Positions 25,255 through 39,423 of a stretch of DNA of 64,000 nucleotides are shown piece after piece. A program made the position numbers and the translations under genes. The notes below the pieces were generated by a model. It was not told the origin of the DNA. It saw only the letters and a list, made by a program, of their open reading frames with translations, and searched no databases. The stretch spans positions 79,174,001 through 79,238,000 of the forward strand of contig OX597816.1 in NCBI GenBank assembly GCA_951406725.2. Reading direction: 5' to 3'. Source of the stretch: Octopus vulgaris. Lineage: Eukaryota. Numbering within the stretch: position 1 is the stretch's first letter; the number at the start of each line of letters is the position of its first letter.

Positions 25255-28200
25255 CAGTGGTCCTCAACCGGGGACGAATCTCCCCCTTGGGGGCAAAATT
25301 CAACAGGCAATCACGGATCCAGTGCATCATGACAAGGGCTCTTCTCAATAATTGCGGTCAAGCCGTAAAGCGAACTCTTAATTCAAATACCATAACTATG
25401 CCCTTCAATAAGTGCGTTATCTTCCAGGATTTAGTTCCTCGATTTATAATGACTCATTCATCACTGAATTTCTTACCCTTGTTACTATGACACTGGCCGC
25501 CGGGCTGCGTGATTCATTGAATACACGGCACTCGTCTGAACTTGACGTTCCCTTTCTTAACCGTCGGACGCAGACATAATAGTTTAGTGTTCACTAATTT
25601 GCATTCGTTCTCATCCACTTTTTAAGGCAGGTTCGGCGAAAAAGAAGTGTCGACAGTATATCGATGAGTACTTACTGTATGGTTTTATCAAGAACTCTAC
25701 AGACCCAAAGCAGCCCTTTTGTATCATGTGTCAGCAATCTTTGTCCAGTGAAGCCACGGAGCCCTCTCAACTCTTTGAGCACACGAGAAGAAAACAACCC
25801 CGAAAATGTTGCTAATCCTGTCAAATGTCTTGAGGGATTGAAAACTGATTATAAAAATCGGAATACTGTTAAATCATTATTTAAGAAACAGACAAGAATT
25901 AATGACGATGGACTGATTGCTTCCTGCAAAATTGCAGAAATTATTGCAAAACAGATAGTACACATATGGTAGCTGAAAAGATTATTGTGCCTGCAGTAGA
26001 ATCAATATTATCAGAAGTTATGAATCAAGATCCTTCATCTGTTATTAAAGCTCTACCTTTAAGTAATGATTTTATCCGTAGAATTGAAGACATACTGATT
26101 CAAAGATTGAAAACAAAGAATTTTTCTATTCAAATCGACGAAAGCACAGTTATTGACAATAAGGCCCTTTTAATGGGATATGTACGATATTTTGATAGAA
26201 ACTGTGCATTACAAGAAGATTTATTATTTGTAAATCTGTTGGAGACTGACACAACGGGCGCTTGTATATTTTCTGCCGTGAAAAGGCTTTTTTGAAGAAA
26301 AAGAAATTCCATACTATGAAAATTTAGTTTCATGCGCTACTGATGGTGCAATGTCTATAGCTGGGAGACACAAAGGATTTATCTGGAGAATTCCAATCAC
26401 ATTTCGTGATTCGCTACCTCAACAGCTCCTTTATAAAATCCAGTGGCTAAAGACCTCAGCAGGAAGAACCACGCCCGGTTACGGCCTCTCCTCGTCTACT
26501 ATTTTTGACGTGGCGCCCTCCCCACTTTCGGCGGTGTCTTTATCTCTGGTGTTGACAGGCTTCCTTGAGTGTTGATTTAGGTTATTACTGTATGTATTTA
26601 TGATGAGCTGAAAAGTTTGTTTTAATCACGCGTACAGCTTTTCTTGCGTGTGTAGAAAATTTACGCCAAAAGATCAGAGAAATAAGCTTACAAAGAAATT
26701 TTTAAATGCTCGCAAGCTTTACTTCTGGTGCGAAGTTGGAGACCAAGATAAATTGTTGGCGCCTCATGTTTTTTGCAAAAACTGCCACATAGCACTAACT
26801 AAATGGCTGAATGGTAAACGGAAAAGTATGCCCTTTGCAGTACCAATGATATGCCCGAACCAACAAACCACTATATCGATTGCTATTTCTGCTTAACTAA
26901 CATCACAGGTTTCTCTAAGAAGAATAAATCTAAGATTGTTTATACAGATTGCTCTTCAACTTTAAAACCAGTTGCTCATGCTGCTGAAAAATATTCCGAT
27001 TCTAAAACCTCCTTCATCTTTTGACAAAGATAGTTTAAGTGAAGAAAGTACTGCATCTACTTCAATTGAAGGCGTGCCGTGTGATACAGCAGATCACCGT
27101 GATCAACCAGGACCTTCAAAAAAGGTTCCTCATTTATTAAGTCAATTTGAGTTAAATGATTTAGTTAGAGACTTGGGTTTAACTAAAGAAAAGTCAGAAC
27201 TACTGGGATCCAAGTTGAAACAATGGTATCTTTAACACAATGATGTAAAATGCTCTTTTTTTTCGAAAACGGCATACAGAATTGCATGAATTTTTTACGG
27301 AGAAAGACGGTATTTGTTTTTGTTGTGATGTTGAAGGACTCCTACGTGAGATGGGGTACGGCCATAATCCTGAAGAATGTAATCTCTTCATAGATTCCAG
27401 GAAAGCAATCCTAAAAGCTGTTTTGCTGCATAATGGCAATCAAAAACCTTCAATACCACTAGCACATGCTGTAGGATTAAAGGAAACTTATAAATCAATG
27501 GATAAAAATTTGCACTTGATTAAATATTCTGAGCACAAGTGTAATATATGCGGGGACTTGAAATTCATTGGTTTGCTTCTTGGGTTGTAAATGTGGTATA
27601 TAAAGCATTAGTACTTTTTGTGTCTTTGGAACAGCAGAGATGACAAGCATCACTATGATCAAAAAGAGTGGCCAAAGAGAAGTTATTTCACTCCAGGGGA
27701 GATACAGCGTTAAATATATCCTTTTAGTTGACCCTCAGAAAATTTACCTTCCTCTTTTACAGATTAAACTTGATTTGTTTAAGAATTTTGTTAAGGCCAT
27801 GAATGAAGACGGTGAAGGATTCAAATATCTCAGTAAAAAATTTGTTTCTAGTAAGAGTGAAGCTAAGATCAAAACTGGTGTTTTTAATGGACCAGAAATT
27901 CGCACACTAATTTGTGATGAGCTTTTTCAAGAAAAATGAAGCCCAGTAGAGAAAACTGCTTGGAAAAAGTTTGTTTCTCTTATAAAAAAAAATTGGGGAG
28001 AAATGAAAAATCATCTAAGTACGTTACTCTTTTGAATGATTGTTTTTTTGAAAGCTTATAAGCAACTTGGAGCAAGAATGTCTCTAAAAATTCATTTTCT
28101 CCATTCTCATCTTGACTTTTTTCCATGCAACATAAGCGTAAAAGAAGACGCCAAAGCTATTTTTGGAAAACATAAAATTAATAATATTCACTTTACATTT

Positions 28201-28534
28201 TTGTTTTGTGTTTTATTGGTTTTGGAGCTACTTGTCCACCTAGTTGCTATTGTTCTTATACGAAATAACGGTAATTTACGCTTAACATAACATTCATTTT
28301 ATTTGTCATGAATGTTCACATTATTGTAATCTTGATAGCAGTATAATAATGATAGCGCAAAAACGTGACGTGCTAGAGCAAAATTGATTGCGGATTCGGA
28401 ATCAGTGCTTCCAAATTACCTATGAGCACCATTTCATCCAACAGTAGCAAAAATTTTGATGCCTTGTGTTATCAATTAGCTTACGTCAAAAATAGCTTTT
28501 AGGGGACAACGGCCGGGAAAAGGTTGAGAATCTG
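25255..28534 (+). mobile_element. hAT Charlie/Buster-type transposon, deleted transposase
   Basis: Left TIR CAGTGGTCCTCAACC, right GGTTGAGAATCTG; TSD gcataaat/tcatagat (6/8); protein PLSND...FSIQIDEST...ALLMGYVRY...CATDGA. Confidence 0.88.
26383..28468 (+). mobile_element. Chapaev3 (CMC superfamily) transposon, pseudogenised transposase
   Basis: GDQDK..APH..C..C, DCYFC, LNDLVRDLGL, FIDS..LKAVLLHNGN..PS, CGDLK, LFKNFVKAM, MSLKIHFLHSHLDFFP; right end ...GTG then TTA; left end not found. Confidence 0.85.
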
Positions 28535-28813
28535 TCATAGATGAAGTGGAAGTGGCTGTGAAGAAGTGAGTACAGCGCTGCACATCTGATTTTTTTTTCA
28601 AAGAGGATTCACGAACTGGTTTCAACGCTGACGCTAATGTATCGCTTGGGATGGAGCCCATGTTCAATGTTAGGTTTGTGTCGAATATGAGTTATCTTGC
28701 TAACATGTGCAATTTGAACAAACTATATCAGTTAATAAAAAACATTATGTCCACTTTTGCATTACTTTTGATATAGCAGTCGTACGTACCTACATACTAA
28801 CATACATACATGC

Positions 28814-28880
<67 letters not shown>

Positions 28881-29769
28881 TTTTTGGATTTAATTTTTTA
28901 TTATTTTCTGCATGTTTTTCTACATATCTATTGTTGCATTAAGATCGGGATAGACATGAAAAGTGAAGACGAGCGGTTTAGTAATTAAGGTATTCAGCTC
29001 ACGATCGTATGCAACACGTCTTACTAAGCGAATCAAACTACAGAATTTCAGTCGGGGACGATTATATAATTATTTTCACCAGGTAAATAAAAGACTATAT
29101 TATTGTTGCTCTATATAAAGAAAAAAGCACTCATACTTATTTTCCACAATATATATATTAAGAAAGAATGGAAGAGAGAGAGAGACGCCAGAGAAGGAAT
29201 GAATGTGTAGTGAAAAGTCATTGAACCGTGAAATGTAACAGCAATACAGAATGAAATATCCTAAAAAGAAATTTATGATGTCTTACCTATCTCTGACTGT
29301 GTTACGATAACTTTCTTTATGAACATCTCTTTATATTAAATTTCATTCAGCCAATCAGAACACTTCAAATGAGAATAAGTTGTAATTTTGTATATGGGTA
29401 CGGGTATGTTTATGTGTATATGTTTGTATGTATGTGTGAATATCTGCGTATTTGTGTGTGTGTGCGTTTGAGGACATCTGTGTTTGTGTAAATTTATGTG
29501 TACGTGAGCATACTTTTCCACGTGACTGGGTATGTATGTTTCTATTGTATTTGGTTACTGGTATGGATGTATGCCTATGTGTGTATGTCTGCGAGTATTT
29601 ATGTATGTAGAATGTGTAGATGATATATATGAGTGCACGTGACATGATATCAACAGCAGTTCATATCGAGCTCATTTGTCTTCTACAAGGGTTTCGGTTC
29701 AACAGGAATTTTCTGAAAGAAGAGTGAGTGTACGTGTAGAAAACCGTCTATTTTACAGCTGGTGGAGAT

Positions 29770-29833
<64 letters not shown>

Positions 29834-30306
29834 CGTGTGTGTGTGTGCGTGTGCGTGCGTTGTGTGTGTGTATACCTAGGATCCATATTTTACCAAGTTG
29901 TTTATAAGTAATTTATAGTAGTTGTTTTAGAGGTAATTTATGATCCGCGGCGTCAAATCCTAATACTAGTCTAGTTCTAAGACCAGATTGATCATTGACC
30001 ATTTTCTTGGATTTTAGACTTAGAACATTGTTTAATTTAGCACAGCTACCTGGCTCTTGTGAGCGAGAGATCAATCTGCTGTTTTCCGTTCATTAACTGC
30101 ATATACTTTTTGTTCCTACCTCTATTATATAAGAAATAAATAAACTGACATTGATATCAAACTGTGAAACTCAATAAAGGTTATTTCTTGAAATAGGACT
30201 ATTTCTGAGGGGCTGAGTTAATTTGAGTGTTTTTACATAATATTTACCTGAACTAGAATTAATTTATGGCGCATATAAAACAGCGATTAATATTACACAA
30301 TGATTT

Positions 30307-30520
30307 AGGCGGCGAGCTGGCAAAATCACTAGCACGCCGGGCAAAATGCTTATCGGAATTTCACTCGTCTTTACCTTCTGAAATTAAATTCAGCCAAGGT
30401 CGACTTTGCTTTTCATCCTTTCGGGATCAGAAAAATTAAGTACCATTTGAGCACTGGGGTCGATGTAATCGATTTACACCCTCCCCCCAAAATTGCTGGC
30501 CTTGTGCCAAAATTTGAAAC
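30307..30520 (+). mobile_element. Meta-domain-like SINE
   Basis: ggcggcgagctggcaaaatc...ggccttgtgccaaaatttgaaac; TSD-like tattacacaatg/tattacataatg. Confidence 0.8.
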
Positions 30521-31307
30521 CACTATTACATAATGTTTAAGTAAGAGTATGAACTGGTTGTGAATACTGGAAACGATTTTGTTGAGTATAGTTTGTATAT
30601 GTATTCACACATTTTTATAATTGGCGCTCAGAATATTGGTTAGTTCTTTAGAGGCAGCTACTACCACTTTCCAGCCAATACGGGTTAAATAACATGTTTA
30701 GTCTTCCAAATGTATTGTCTGCACTTGTATATTACTACATGGTGAAAGGGGAAAAATTGGGGAACAGATTTTCTCTTAAACATAAAAAAAAAATCGTACG
30801 TATAAAGTGTATTTATGAAATTAGTACTCTTCGGAAATGGACAAAAATTGGATGTGCATGACGTATTTGATACGCATTTTATCATTAATCAGTACATTAT
30901 TTGAGCGGTGTATAATAGTACTCATGTAAATGAATATGATTTGTGTCTGCATTTATGATTTTTGTCTGACTTTAAAACAAAAATGAAAGCATTCATATAT
31001 AAATATATAAGTACTAGGGTCGATTCATGGGACTAAAATATTCTCCAAGGGGGTACCCCAGCATAGCCGCAGTCTAATGAGTGAAACAAGCAAAAAAGTA
31101 TATATATATATATACAAAGAGGGCTCTTACGCGCGCGCGCACACACACACACATCTTATAATAATGAAGTCAAACTAAATAGTGATATTTTGAAATAATT
31201 TAATACATACGTTTCAGGCTAGCGTAATATATAATATGTATAATCTTACGTTCATGAGTGCAACAACCTAACCACTAAGCCACCTACCTCCTCTCACTCT
31301 CTCTCAC

Positions 31308-31381
<74 letters not shown>

Positions 31382-31405
31382 CGTGCGTATGTGTGTGTGT
31401 TTTGC

Positions 31406-31478
<73 letters not shown>

Positions 31479-31488
31479 GCGTGTGTGT

Positions 31489-31539
<51 letters not shown>

Positions 31540-31542
<3 letters not shown>

Positions 31543-32025
31543 TCTGCTGGGAATAAAGGCGAGGAGTTTTTTCTTTGTGTTCCTGCGATCCTGTTTTGTT
31601 CGTAAGAGTTGGCACCTCTATTGTTGCAGCTATGCCAGACCAGGCACTCCTGTGCTTGTATTTGCCAGTTGTCGGAGTTGATCTGAATGCACTTCAATGT
31701 GGCTTTGAGTGTGTCTTTGAAACGCTTTTTCTGTCTACCTTAAGTGCACTTGCCTTTTGCCAGTTCATTGAAAAACAGTCTTTTGGGTAATCGTGTGTCA
31801 GGTATTCGGACAAAGTGACCTGCTCACCTGACCTGCACTTTCTTCATCAGCTCGAGAGAGGACATCCATGTCAGGGACCTTGTCTCACCAGGTGAGTCTC
31901 AACAACTTTCTCAGCTCATCTGGAAGCAATTTAGCTGTTTGACGTGCCGTTCGTAAACCATCGAAGTCTTGCAGGCATGCAATAGTGTGGAGAGTACAAC
32001 TGTTTTGTACACCTTCAACTTGGTG
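31540..32025 (-). mobile_element. RTE-clade LINE fragment
   Basis: GHFVRIPDTRLPKRLFFNELAKGK..GRQKKRFKDTLKATLK..IN...W. Confidence 0.8.
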
Positions 32026-32189
32026 GCCATACACGTATACACACACGCACTTGCGCATGGCTTTCACGTCGCGAAAATATGGGCCATTTAATAGCATGTC
32101 TTTATAAATGTTCATTACACTTGATCTATATACAATATCCTTTCTCAAAGATATTTTTATATATAGTATTATATAATTATTATATATAT

Positions 32190-34290
32190 AATTATTTAAT
32201 ATATAGAATAGAGATGTCTGTGTATTCGCTTTTTATGCGAAAACGGTTCCACCAATTGCTTCCATACTTGTGATGCATCAATATAATTTGACCTCAGACA
32301 AATATTAGGCTCTTCCTATGATTTTTAAAAATTAAAAATAAATAATATTATATATGTGATTCACTTTTTTAAAATGGTTTCTCAGTATCTACTTCCGGTA
32401 TTGATGTAGCAACGGCAAAAAGCTTCACTCTCTATTTTGACGTTTTCATTTCAAGTTTTAATTCACTATTTTCACCCAACTACAATAAATTACAGAAAGA
32501 AATATTTACTAAGTTCACAAATTTAAATATTTTGTACAAGAGCTTTTATTTATACGACTTTTTCATTTCATGTTTATTTCATTTATTGTTCACAATATTC
32601 TCTCTGACTCCTTATCTCTCTGTCACACACACACAAGTCAGTCACATATGCACACGTGTTTTGTAAGTATGTTTATATTCATTTATTTATGTGTGTGTGT
32701 CTATGAGAGCAAGAGAGAGAAAGAGGGGAGAGAGAGAGAGAGAGTGAATGGGTCAAGGGGTGTGTTGTCATGTATAGGTACATACAAAAATTCATATGCA
32801 TACATCTTTTTGTAAGTATATGTGTGTGTGCGCGCGCGTGTGTGTGTGAGAGAGAGAAAGAGACAGAGACAAAGAGAGTGATGTCTAAGTGGCATTCACT
32901 CTCTCTCTCTCTCACTCGCTTCCTCACACACACTCACGCACAAAGATGTATGCATATTCATTCATGTATGTATACAATACAACACACCCCTTCTCTCTCT
33001 CACACACACGTGTCCATTTCATCTGATGTTTGATAATTTGTGTGTGTGTATGTGGGGGGGGACGTTCCACAATCTCCATTTATTTCAATTACTCTTGTGA
33101 AGATATTCATGTAACTCATTTTTTCATTTAATCCCCATTTTAATTTTCGTAAAAGTTTTCGAGAACAATGTTCTCATTCTACAAGAGGAGTCGGGGTAGA
33201 TGTAGATGATCAGTATTCTACAGTGAAGCAAAGATGAGTACAGGTAGCTAGAGTCAATGATGAATTCTACGACTCTGTTGAATTCTACAACTCATCTCTA
33301 TCAAGTATATTTGCAAATATATGAACAAAGGTTTAGATGCTGCCACATACACTCTTATGCAGAATGGCAGTCAGCTGATAAATAAAAATGACGCAGATGC
33401 ACAGTTTGACAGAGGAAGATACACTAGTAACAATGAGTCTTTTTGGCGCATCTTCAATTTTCCCATTCATGAGAGGTACCCAGGCTTATTCATCTGAGTG
33501 TCCATCTAGAGAATGACCACAGGGTTATCTTTACAAAACAAACAACCTTGCAACAAGCACTTTCTTCAAAAGAAACTACCCTTACTGCCTTTTTAAAGTT
33601 GTGTCAAGTAGATGAAGATGCAAGAAAACTCCTTTACCTACAATCGCTTAAGTATTATACCTGGAGGAACAATAAATGGCAGAAGAGGGTCTGATGCTCT
33701 TGCAAGTGTTTACAGTGTCCTCCCAAGCCAAGCAGAATGCTACTACTCAAGCCTCCTTTTGCATGAAGTACGTGATCCCAAATCATTCCAAGATTCGAGG
33801 AGGGTAAATGGTCATGTGTGTGAAACTTATAGGGAAGCATGCTATCAACAAGGTTCTTTTTTTTCAGAAAATGATGAACATTGGAACCTTGCATTGACTG
33901 AAGCATCAGTATCAGATTCGCTAAGGAAACTCCGTAACCTTTTTGCAATTATATTAAACATATGTCAACTTGACAGTCTCCTACAGCTTTGGATGAAGCA
34001 TCATGAGGACATGACTGAGGACTTAAAGTATGCAGTTCAACAGGTAAGCTCAGATACCAATATTCAGTTCTCTGAAACAATTTTTAACCAACCACGTATT
34101 GAAATTGAGGATCAAATTTTGGCCATAGGAGGCAAAAATTTGCAAGAGTCTGGTTCTCGATTGCCAAAAACAAACTGTCAAATTAGTGACAAAGCAAGAG
34201 ATACAAATTATGACATCACAGACTTGGCTGCATTTGTGAATGAACATGAACCTAAACTTCTTCCAGAGCAACGCTGTGCATATAAGATTA
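32190..34290 (+). mobile_element. Helitron remnant; RepHel linker region at ~33280-34290
   Basis: SIKYICKYMNKG.DAA...GRYTSNNESFWRIFNFPIHERYP...VHLEN...ETTLTAF; ORF 33612..34457 ECYYSSLLLHEVRDPKSFQD..VNG..CETYREAC...DEHW...LRNLFAIIL...LLPEQRCAY. 5' limit is tentative. Confidence 0.85.
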
Positions 34291-34560
34291 AAAATCTTTT
34301 TATAACTATTTTTATTTTTGAATTTATTTTCCAATTGAAGAATAAATTCAGTTCTTATTATTATCAAAGAATGTATATATGTATTGTAATATTTTGTGAC
34401 AACCAGTACCTAACACAACAAAGCTTTTACATGTTACTTTTGACAATCTTTTTCTAAAAAAGTGGAACCGGTCAAGTGAATAAACATCTTTTAAAATTGC
34501 ATTTTCAAACCTTCTTTCATATATAATTCCACTCGTGCGGTACCTTACAACTCCACTTTG

Positions 34561-34617
<57 letters not shown>

Positions 34618-34621
<4 letters not shown>

Positions 34622-35892
34622 GTTGTCAAGAAAGTTCTTGCGGAATTTAAAATTTTGGTTTTAAATTATGTATTTTCAAATTAATTTTTGTTAAATTACT
34701 TTGACTTTATATATCATTTTAAAGCCCGTTTTTCGCTTTATCTAATCGAGTTACTCTTTTTCTTTTTGAATAATTAGGCTATTTTTTCCGGAACGTTGAA
34801 TACAACATGGACAAAAAGCAAATTCGCAGTTCAAGCTAGGCCGAAAAGCTGCTGAAACAGCTCGCGATATCAACGCTGCGTTTAGCCCAGAATCCAATGA
34901 ACGTACAGCACAATGGTGGTTCAAAAAATTTCGTAGCGGTGTCGAGAGTCTTGAAGATGATAAGCGTAGTGGTTGGCCATCGGATGTTGACAACAATCAA
35001 CTAAGAGCCTTAGACGAAACCAAACCACGCACAACTGTTCGAGAGCTTGCTTCTGAATTAGACGTAACATATACGACAATTTCCAACCACTTTAAAGAGA
35101 TTGAAAAAACAAAAATACTTGCGAAATGGGTGCCGCACGAATTGAACGACAACCAAAAGAGGAAAAAAACCCGCTGTTTTGAAGTGTCGTCTTCCCTTCT
35201 TTTACGCAACAAGAACGATCCGTTTCTCGACCGGATTGTGACTGGCGATGAAAAGTGGATTCTTTACGACAACCGGTGACACTCAGCTCAGTGGTTGGAC
35301 GCCGACGAAGCTCCATGGCAATTCCCGAAGCCAAAGTTGCACCAAAAGAACGTCATGGTGACTGTTTGGTTGTCTGCGGTCGGTCTCATCCATCACAGCT
35401 TTTTGGATCTAGACGAAACCATTGCGACGGAGAAGTACTGTTAGCAAATGGATGAAATGCATAAGAAACTCCGTCAACAATAGCCAGCATTGGTCAATAG
35501 AAAATGACCAATTCTTCTCCACGACAACGCTCGGCCCGCACATCGCACAACTGACTCTGCAGAAGATGAACGAATTGGGCTGCGAAAATCTGCCTCATCC
35601 GCCATACTCACCAGACCTCTCGCCTACTGACAACCACTTTTTCAAGCATCTCGACAACTTCCTGCGTGAGAAATGCTTCAAAAATCAAGGCGATGCCAAA
35701 CACGCCTTCAACGACTTCACCACCACCAGAACGCAGGATTTTTATGCTACTGGCCTGAATAAACTTGTTTCGTGTTGGCAAAAGTCTGTTGATTCTGATG
35801 GTGTTTATTTCGATTAATAAAGTTTTGTTTGAGCCAAGACATGTGCATCTGAATTTAAAGGTTAAAACCGCAAGAACTTTCTTGACAACCAA
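34618..35892 (+). mobile_element. Full-length mariner (cecropia/Hsmar1-like), inactivated transposase 34807-35817
   Basis: TIRs ggttgtcaagaaagttcttgcgg / ccgcaagaactttcttgacaacc within (TA)n; WVPHEL, TGDEKW, HDNARPH, YSPDLSPTD; several stops and frameshifts. Confidence 0.95.
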
Positions 35893-35958
35893 TATATATA
35901 TATATATATATATGGTTTGTAATTGGATAGAATTTTCTTTTAATATATGTTTATAAAA

Positions 35959-36342
35959 CGGCGAGCTGGCAGAAACGTTAGCACGCCGGGCGAAATGCTT
36001 AACGGTATTTCGTATGCTGAGTTTAAATTCCGCCGAGGCCGACTTTGCCTTTCATCCTTTCGGGGTCAATTAAATAAGTACCAGTTATGCACTGGGGTCG
36101 ATATAATCGACTTAATCAGTGTGTCTGTCCTTGTTTGTCCCCTCTGTGTTTAGCCCCTTGTGGGTAGTAAAGAAATAGGTATTTCGTCTGTCTTTACGTT
36201 CAGAGTTCAAATACCACCGAAATCGACTTTGCCTTTCATCCTTTCGGAGTTGATAAATTAAGTACCAGTCAAAGACTGGGGTCGATCTAATCGACTGGCC
36301 CCCTCCCCCAAAATTTCGGGCCTTGTGTAGATTAGAAAAGAA
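35959..36342 (+). mobile_element. Dimeric Meta-domain-like SINE
   Basis: Same two-monomer layout as 22525-22921. Confidence 0.85.
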
Positions 36343-36899
36343 TATATATGTATTGCGTTAGATCTATAGAGTTATATCCATGTATTGCGTTATATCCATA
36401 GACTTCATACCAACCTTTTCAGTACCAAGGGTGAGAATGGAATCGATTGGTTTTCTTGTTATTTAACTGTTCATCACGATTCACTTGACTCTTCTTTCAA
36501 AGTTGATGGGTTATTGCAGCAAATGACTGCTTATTAATGGTTACACAATATTGTTCCGTTTTCAAAATTGTCGACGGGCCACTAATAATTGCTGGTCGTA
36601 CGACTTGAGTTAAATAACAAAACTCATATACGTATATGTGTGTGTGTATAGATGTGCGTGTGTGTGTATAGATGTGTGTGTGTGCCTGCGTATGTGTGTG
36701 TTCCTTATCCATCCAAGACAACTAAGTAGGTGACCAACACATTCTTCTTATGATTGTTGCCTCACATATCTCAGCTAACCAAAACAATAATCACAAACCC
36801 AGGTTGTTCCCATAGAGCTGTACGACTGCAGTGCAAGCGAAGAAGACGGTATACCAGCCCTTGAAAAAAGTTATCTATCTCGATATACAGGGCAGTTTA

Positions 36900-37300
36900 T
36901 ATTGGTTATCATAATTTATAAAAGGCTACTATCTCGCATGTCGATTCCCTCCAAATCCAGTCGCTTCTTGTCGTCCCTTGCTAAAAGTATCTCTAACAAT
37001 TTTCTGGAAACATCAACCCAGCATTCTTCCACGATGTCACCCCATAAGTAAGTTATCCACATTTTGTTCTTATTTTGCATTTTGTTTTACCTTGCACACA
37101 CTCAAATAAGCTTCTATCAGATTTTCTTCTCTCCACCGTTTCATCACTTTTACGCATTTGTCGCAAGTGTGAAAACACATCCAGCCAGTCACATGTAATG
37201 AACAATGCGTCTAGTCCGACAATGCCTTTAATTCGCAAATACACCGTCCCAGAACTAGTTCCTATCTTCAACAGATTCTTCAATATTTCACTCTCATCTT
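36900..37300 (+). pseudogene. Decayed CR1/Jockey-group ORF2 pre-RT fragment
   Basis: SLAKSISNNF and IRKYTVPELVPIFNRFFNISLSS resemble the usual LK.CAPEL.P.L..LF..SL block. Confidence 0.45.
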
Positions 37301-37769
37301 GACAAGACTTTGTGAGGCCTGCAATGGTCATTCGCACAATCACACCGCTTGAATATCGTCATGATTATAGTTTTTTTGCAATATTTACCTGTTTTAGTAT
37401 TTATTATTTTAGCTGCTAAGATATGCAAATGTCTCCTTAGATTCTATTTACATAAACAAGAATTCTGGCTTGCCCTCCACTTCTTGTTGCTTATATTTAC
37501 TGATTTATTGCTCAAGTTAAAAAGCTTACTACAAAATGTTGTTTCTATATTAATCACTGAATCTCTAATGCAATATATTCATTTCAATTAAGCAATTTTA
37601 TTGTACAGAAATTACGCAGTCTTGTTCTTTCAAAGAAGCTTCAGTTCAGAGAGACTGTTTTCCTGTAACCATATATTGTTTCGTATGTGAACAGGATATA
37701 CATATTCTCGTCACGAACTTCATGGTTGAATGACTTAAATCACAACAAGTATACTTATTTATGTTATTC

Positions 37770-38060
37770 AGTTAAATACATAAATAGACGCAGGAGTGTT
37801 TGTGTGGTAAATAGCTTGATTACCAAGCTATTTATACTGCGTGACACCTTGGGCAAATATCTTCTACTACAGCCTCGGGCCGACCAAAGTCTTGTGAGAG
37901 GATTTGGTGGGCGGGAACTGAAAGAATCTCGTCGTATATATATATATATATATACATGTATATGTCTGTGTGTCTGTGTTTATCCTCCCATCATCGCTCT
38001 TGACAAGCGATGTCGGTGTGTTTGTGTCCCCATAACATTAGAGGTTCGGCAAAACAGACC
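37770..38060 (+). mobile_element. tRNA-derived SINE (GGCTGTGTGGT-headed family)
   Basis: gcaggagtgtttgtgtggtaaatagcttg...caccttgggcaaatatcttctactacagcctcgggccgaccaaag. Confidence 0.75.
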
Positions 38061-38146
38061 GATAAAGGCGTCTTTATGTTTTGAGTTCAAATGCTGTCGA
38101 AGTCGACTGCCTTTCATCCTTTCAGGGTCGATAAAATATGTACCAG

Positions 38147-38877
38147 GGATCTTTTCTGTTTGGCTGCCACTTTTCAGTTCCTTCAATTTTTATTTCAATT
38201 GATTTCATATTTGGTGAATTCGTGTAGTTTGTAAGCTCTTTATTGACAGGAAATTCATTTTCGCCATAAATCAATAAATAATGGGTTAATAGCTTTTAAA
38301 GTTTGCAAAGTTTGAGTACTTTTCGCCAGTTCAAACCCATAGACATATAGGTGCCTGTTTCCATAGTAACAACCTAAGCTGTTACCAAGCTGCTTACCCA
38401 CGTGGTAATTTTTTGCTTATTAAATGCTTAAAATACATGAGGTATGAGTGGTCATAAAAATAATAGCAAAATAGTTCTTAAATCACGCATCAATTTTTTT
38501 TTTTGTTTTGTTTTAGCATAATCGTATATATTCTCGCGTGTAGAATACAAATCCGCAACAATTTTCTGAACATTTCCTCAAAATAAAAAAGCTATGAGGG
38601 GTTATATGACGTACATGAAGTAGAATTCCGCCAATATTCTATTTGTTTACAGTTGACAACGTGCTATCATGCACAAAATGATGGCTTCCAAATCCTGTTT
38701 TCTGACTGGGTAAAAATGACCAAACTTTCAATCTCTGTAACATTTGTGGAAAATTTTCTGGAAAAAAGTGAATTAGCCTATGAGGTTCAGCGGGGAAAAT
38801 TACATCAATACACCGAATTTTAAAACTTTCACTAAACTCTAAAATTTCCACAGGTGCAGACAAACAAAAAAACTTCC
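38147..38877. mobile_element. GGATCT-ended non-autonomous DNA transposon (Merlin-like) inserted in a SINE
   Basis: Left ggatcttttctgtttggctgcc, right tgcagacaaacaaaaaaacttcc; TSD tgtaccag/tttactag (6/8); both ends similar in inverse orientation to 54382-56560. Confidence 0.7.
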
Positions 38878-39423
38878 TTTACTAGTTGAAAACTGGTAAT
38901 TGTAGGCTTGTGCCAAAATTTGAAACTATTCATTTACACACACATACATAATAAACTTTGCATCGAAGTCCGTCACCTCGGCATAAGAGAATTATTACTC
39001 TTCCATAAAAATGAAAACTATCCCTTAAAACTTTTACCATTCTGAGCAATCTGGCACAAAACTGGTTACTTTCAAATCTGAGGATGCACCTATTTTGTGG
39101 AGGTTTGTAGTCGTAATCGAGAACAGAAAATCAACCAACATCAAGCAAGTGGATTTACTACCTCAAATACCATGGCTGGATAGGGTACAGGATTAAGCTA
39201 TTGTAGGCCGCGAAACTATAGGGAGAAATACCAGTGGTCCTTCGAGTTGAACCACCACCTCTCTGAACTGTGCAAAAGGCTCGAGGAGATGATTCAGTTG
39301 GCTAAGCGAAAAGAATGCGACTACAAGTCAACTCCACCGAGAAAAAAAAATTCCCTTTTCTCCCTACTGAGCATCTGAATGGCACAGTAAAAATATAGCA
39401 AGAGCCGGTAAAGAGCCTCCATC

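Larger units (their letters stand above)
24990..28786 (+). mobile_element. Mariner 3' half split by the hAT insertion (24990-25254 and 28543-28786)
   Basis: HHYNA*SH...SYSLDLALS.FHLFGP...QRFDGI | DEVEVAVKK...; TIR-like end gcattacttttgatatagcagtcg-ta. Confidence 0.7.

Noticed and set aside
25664-26390. Domesticated ZBED/SCAND3-type gene
   Set aside because: Frameshifted, truncated and bounded by TIRs and TSD.
34807-35817. SETMAR gene or active transposase
   Set aside because: No SET domain; multiple stops and frameshifts; flanked by TIRs.
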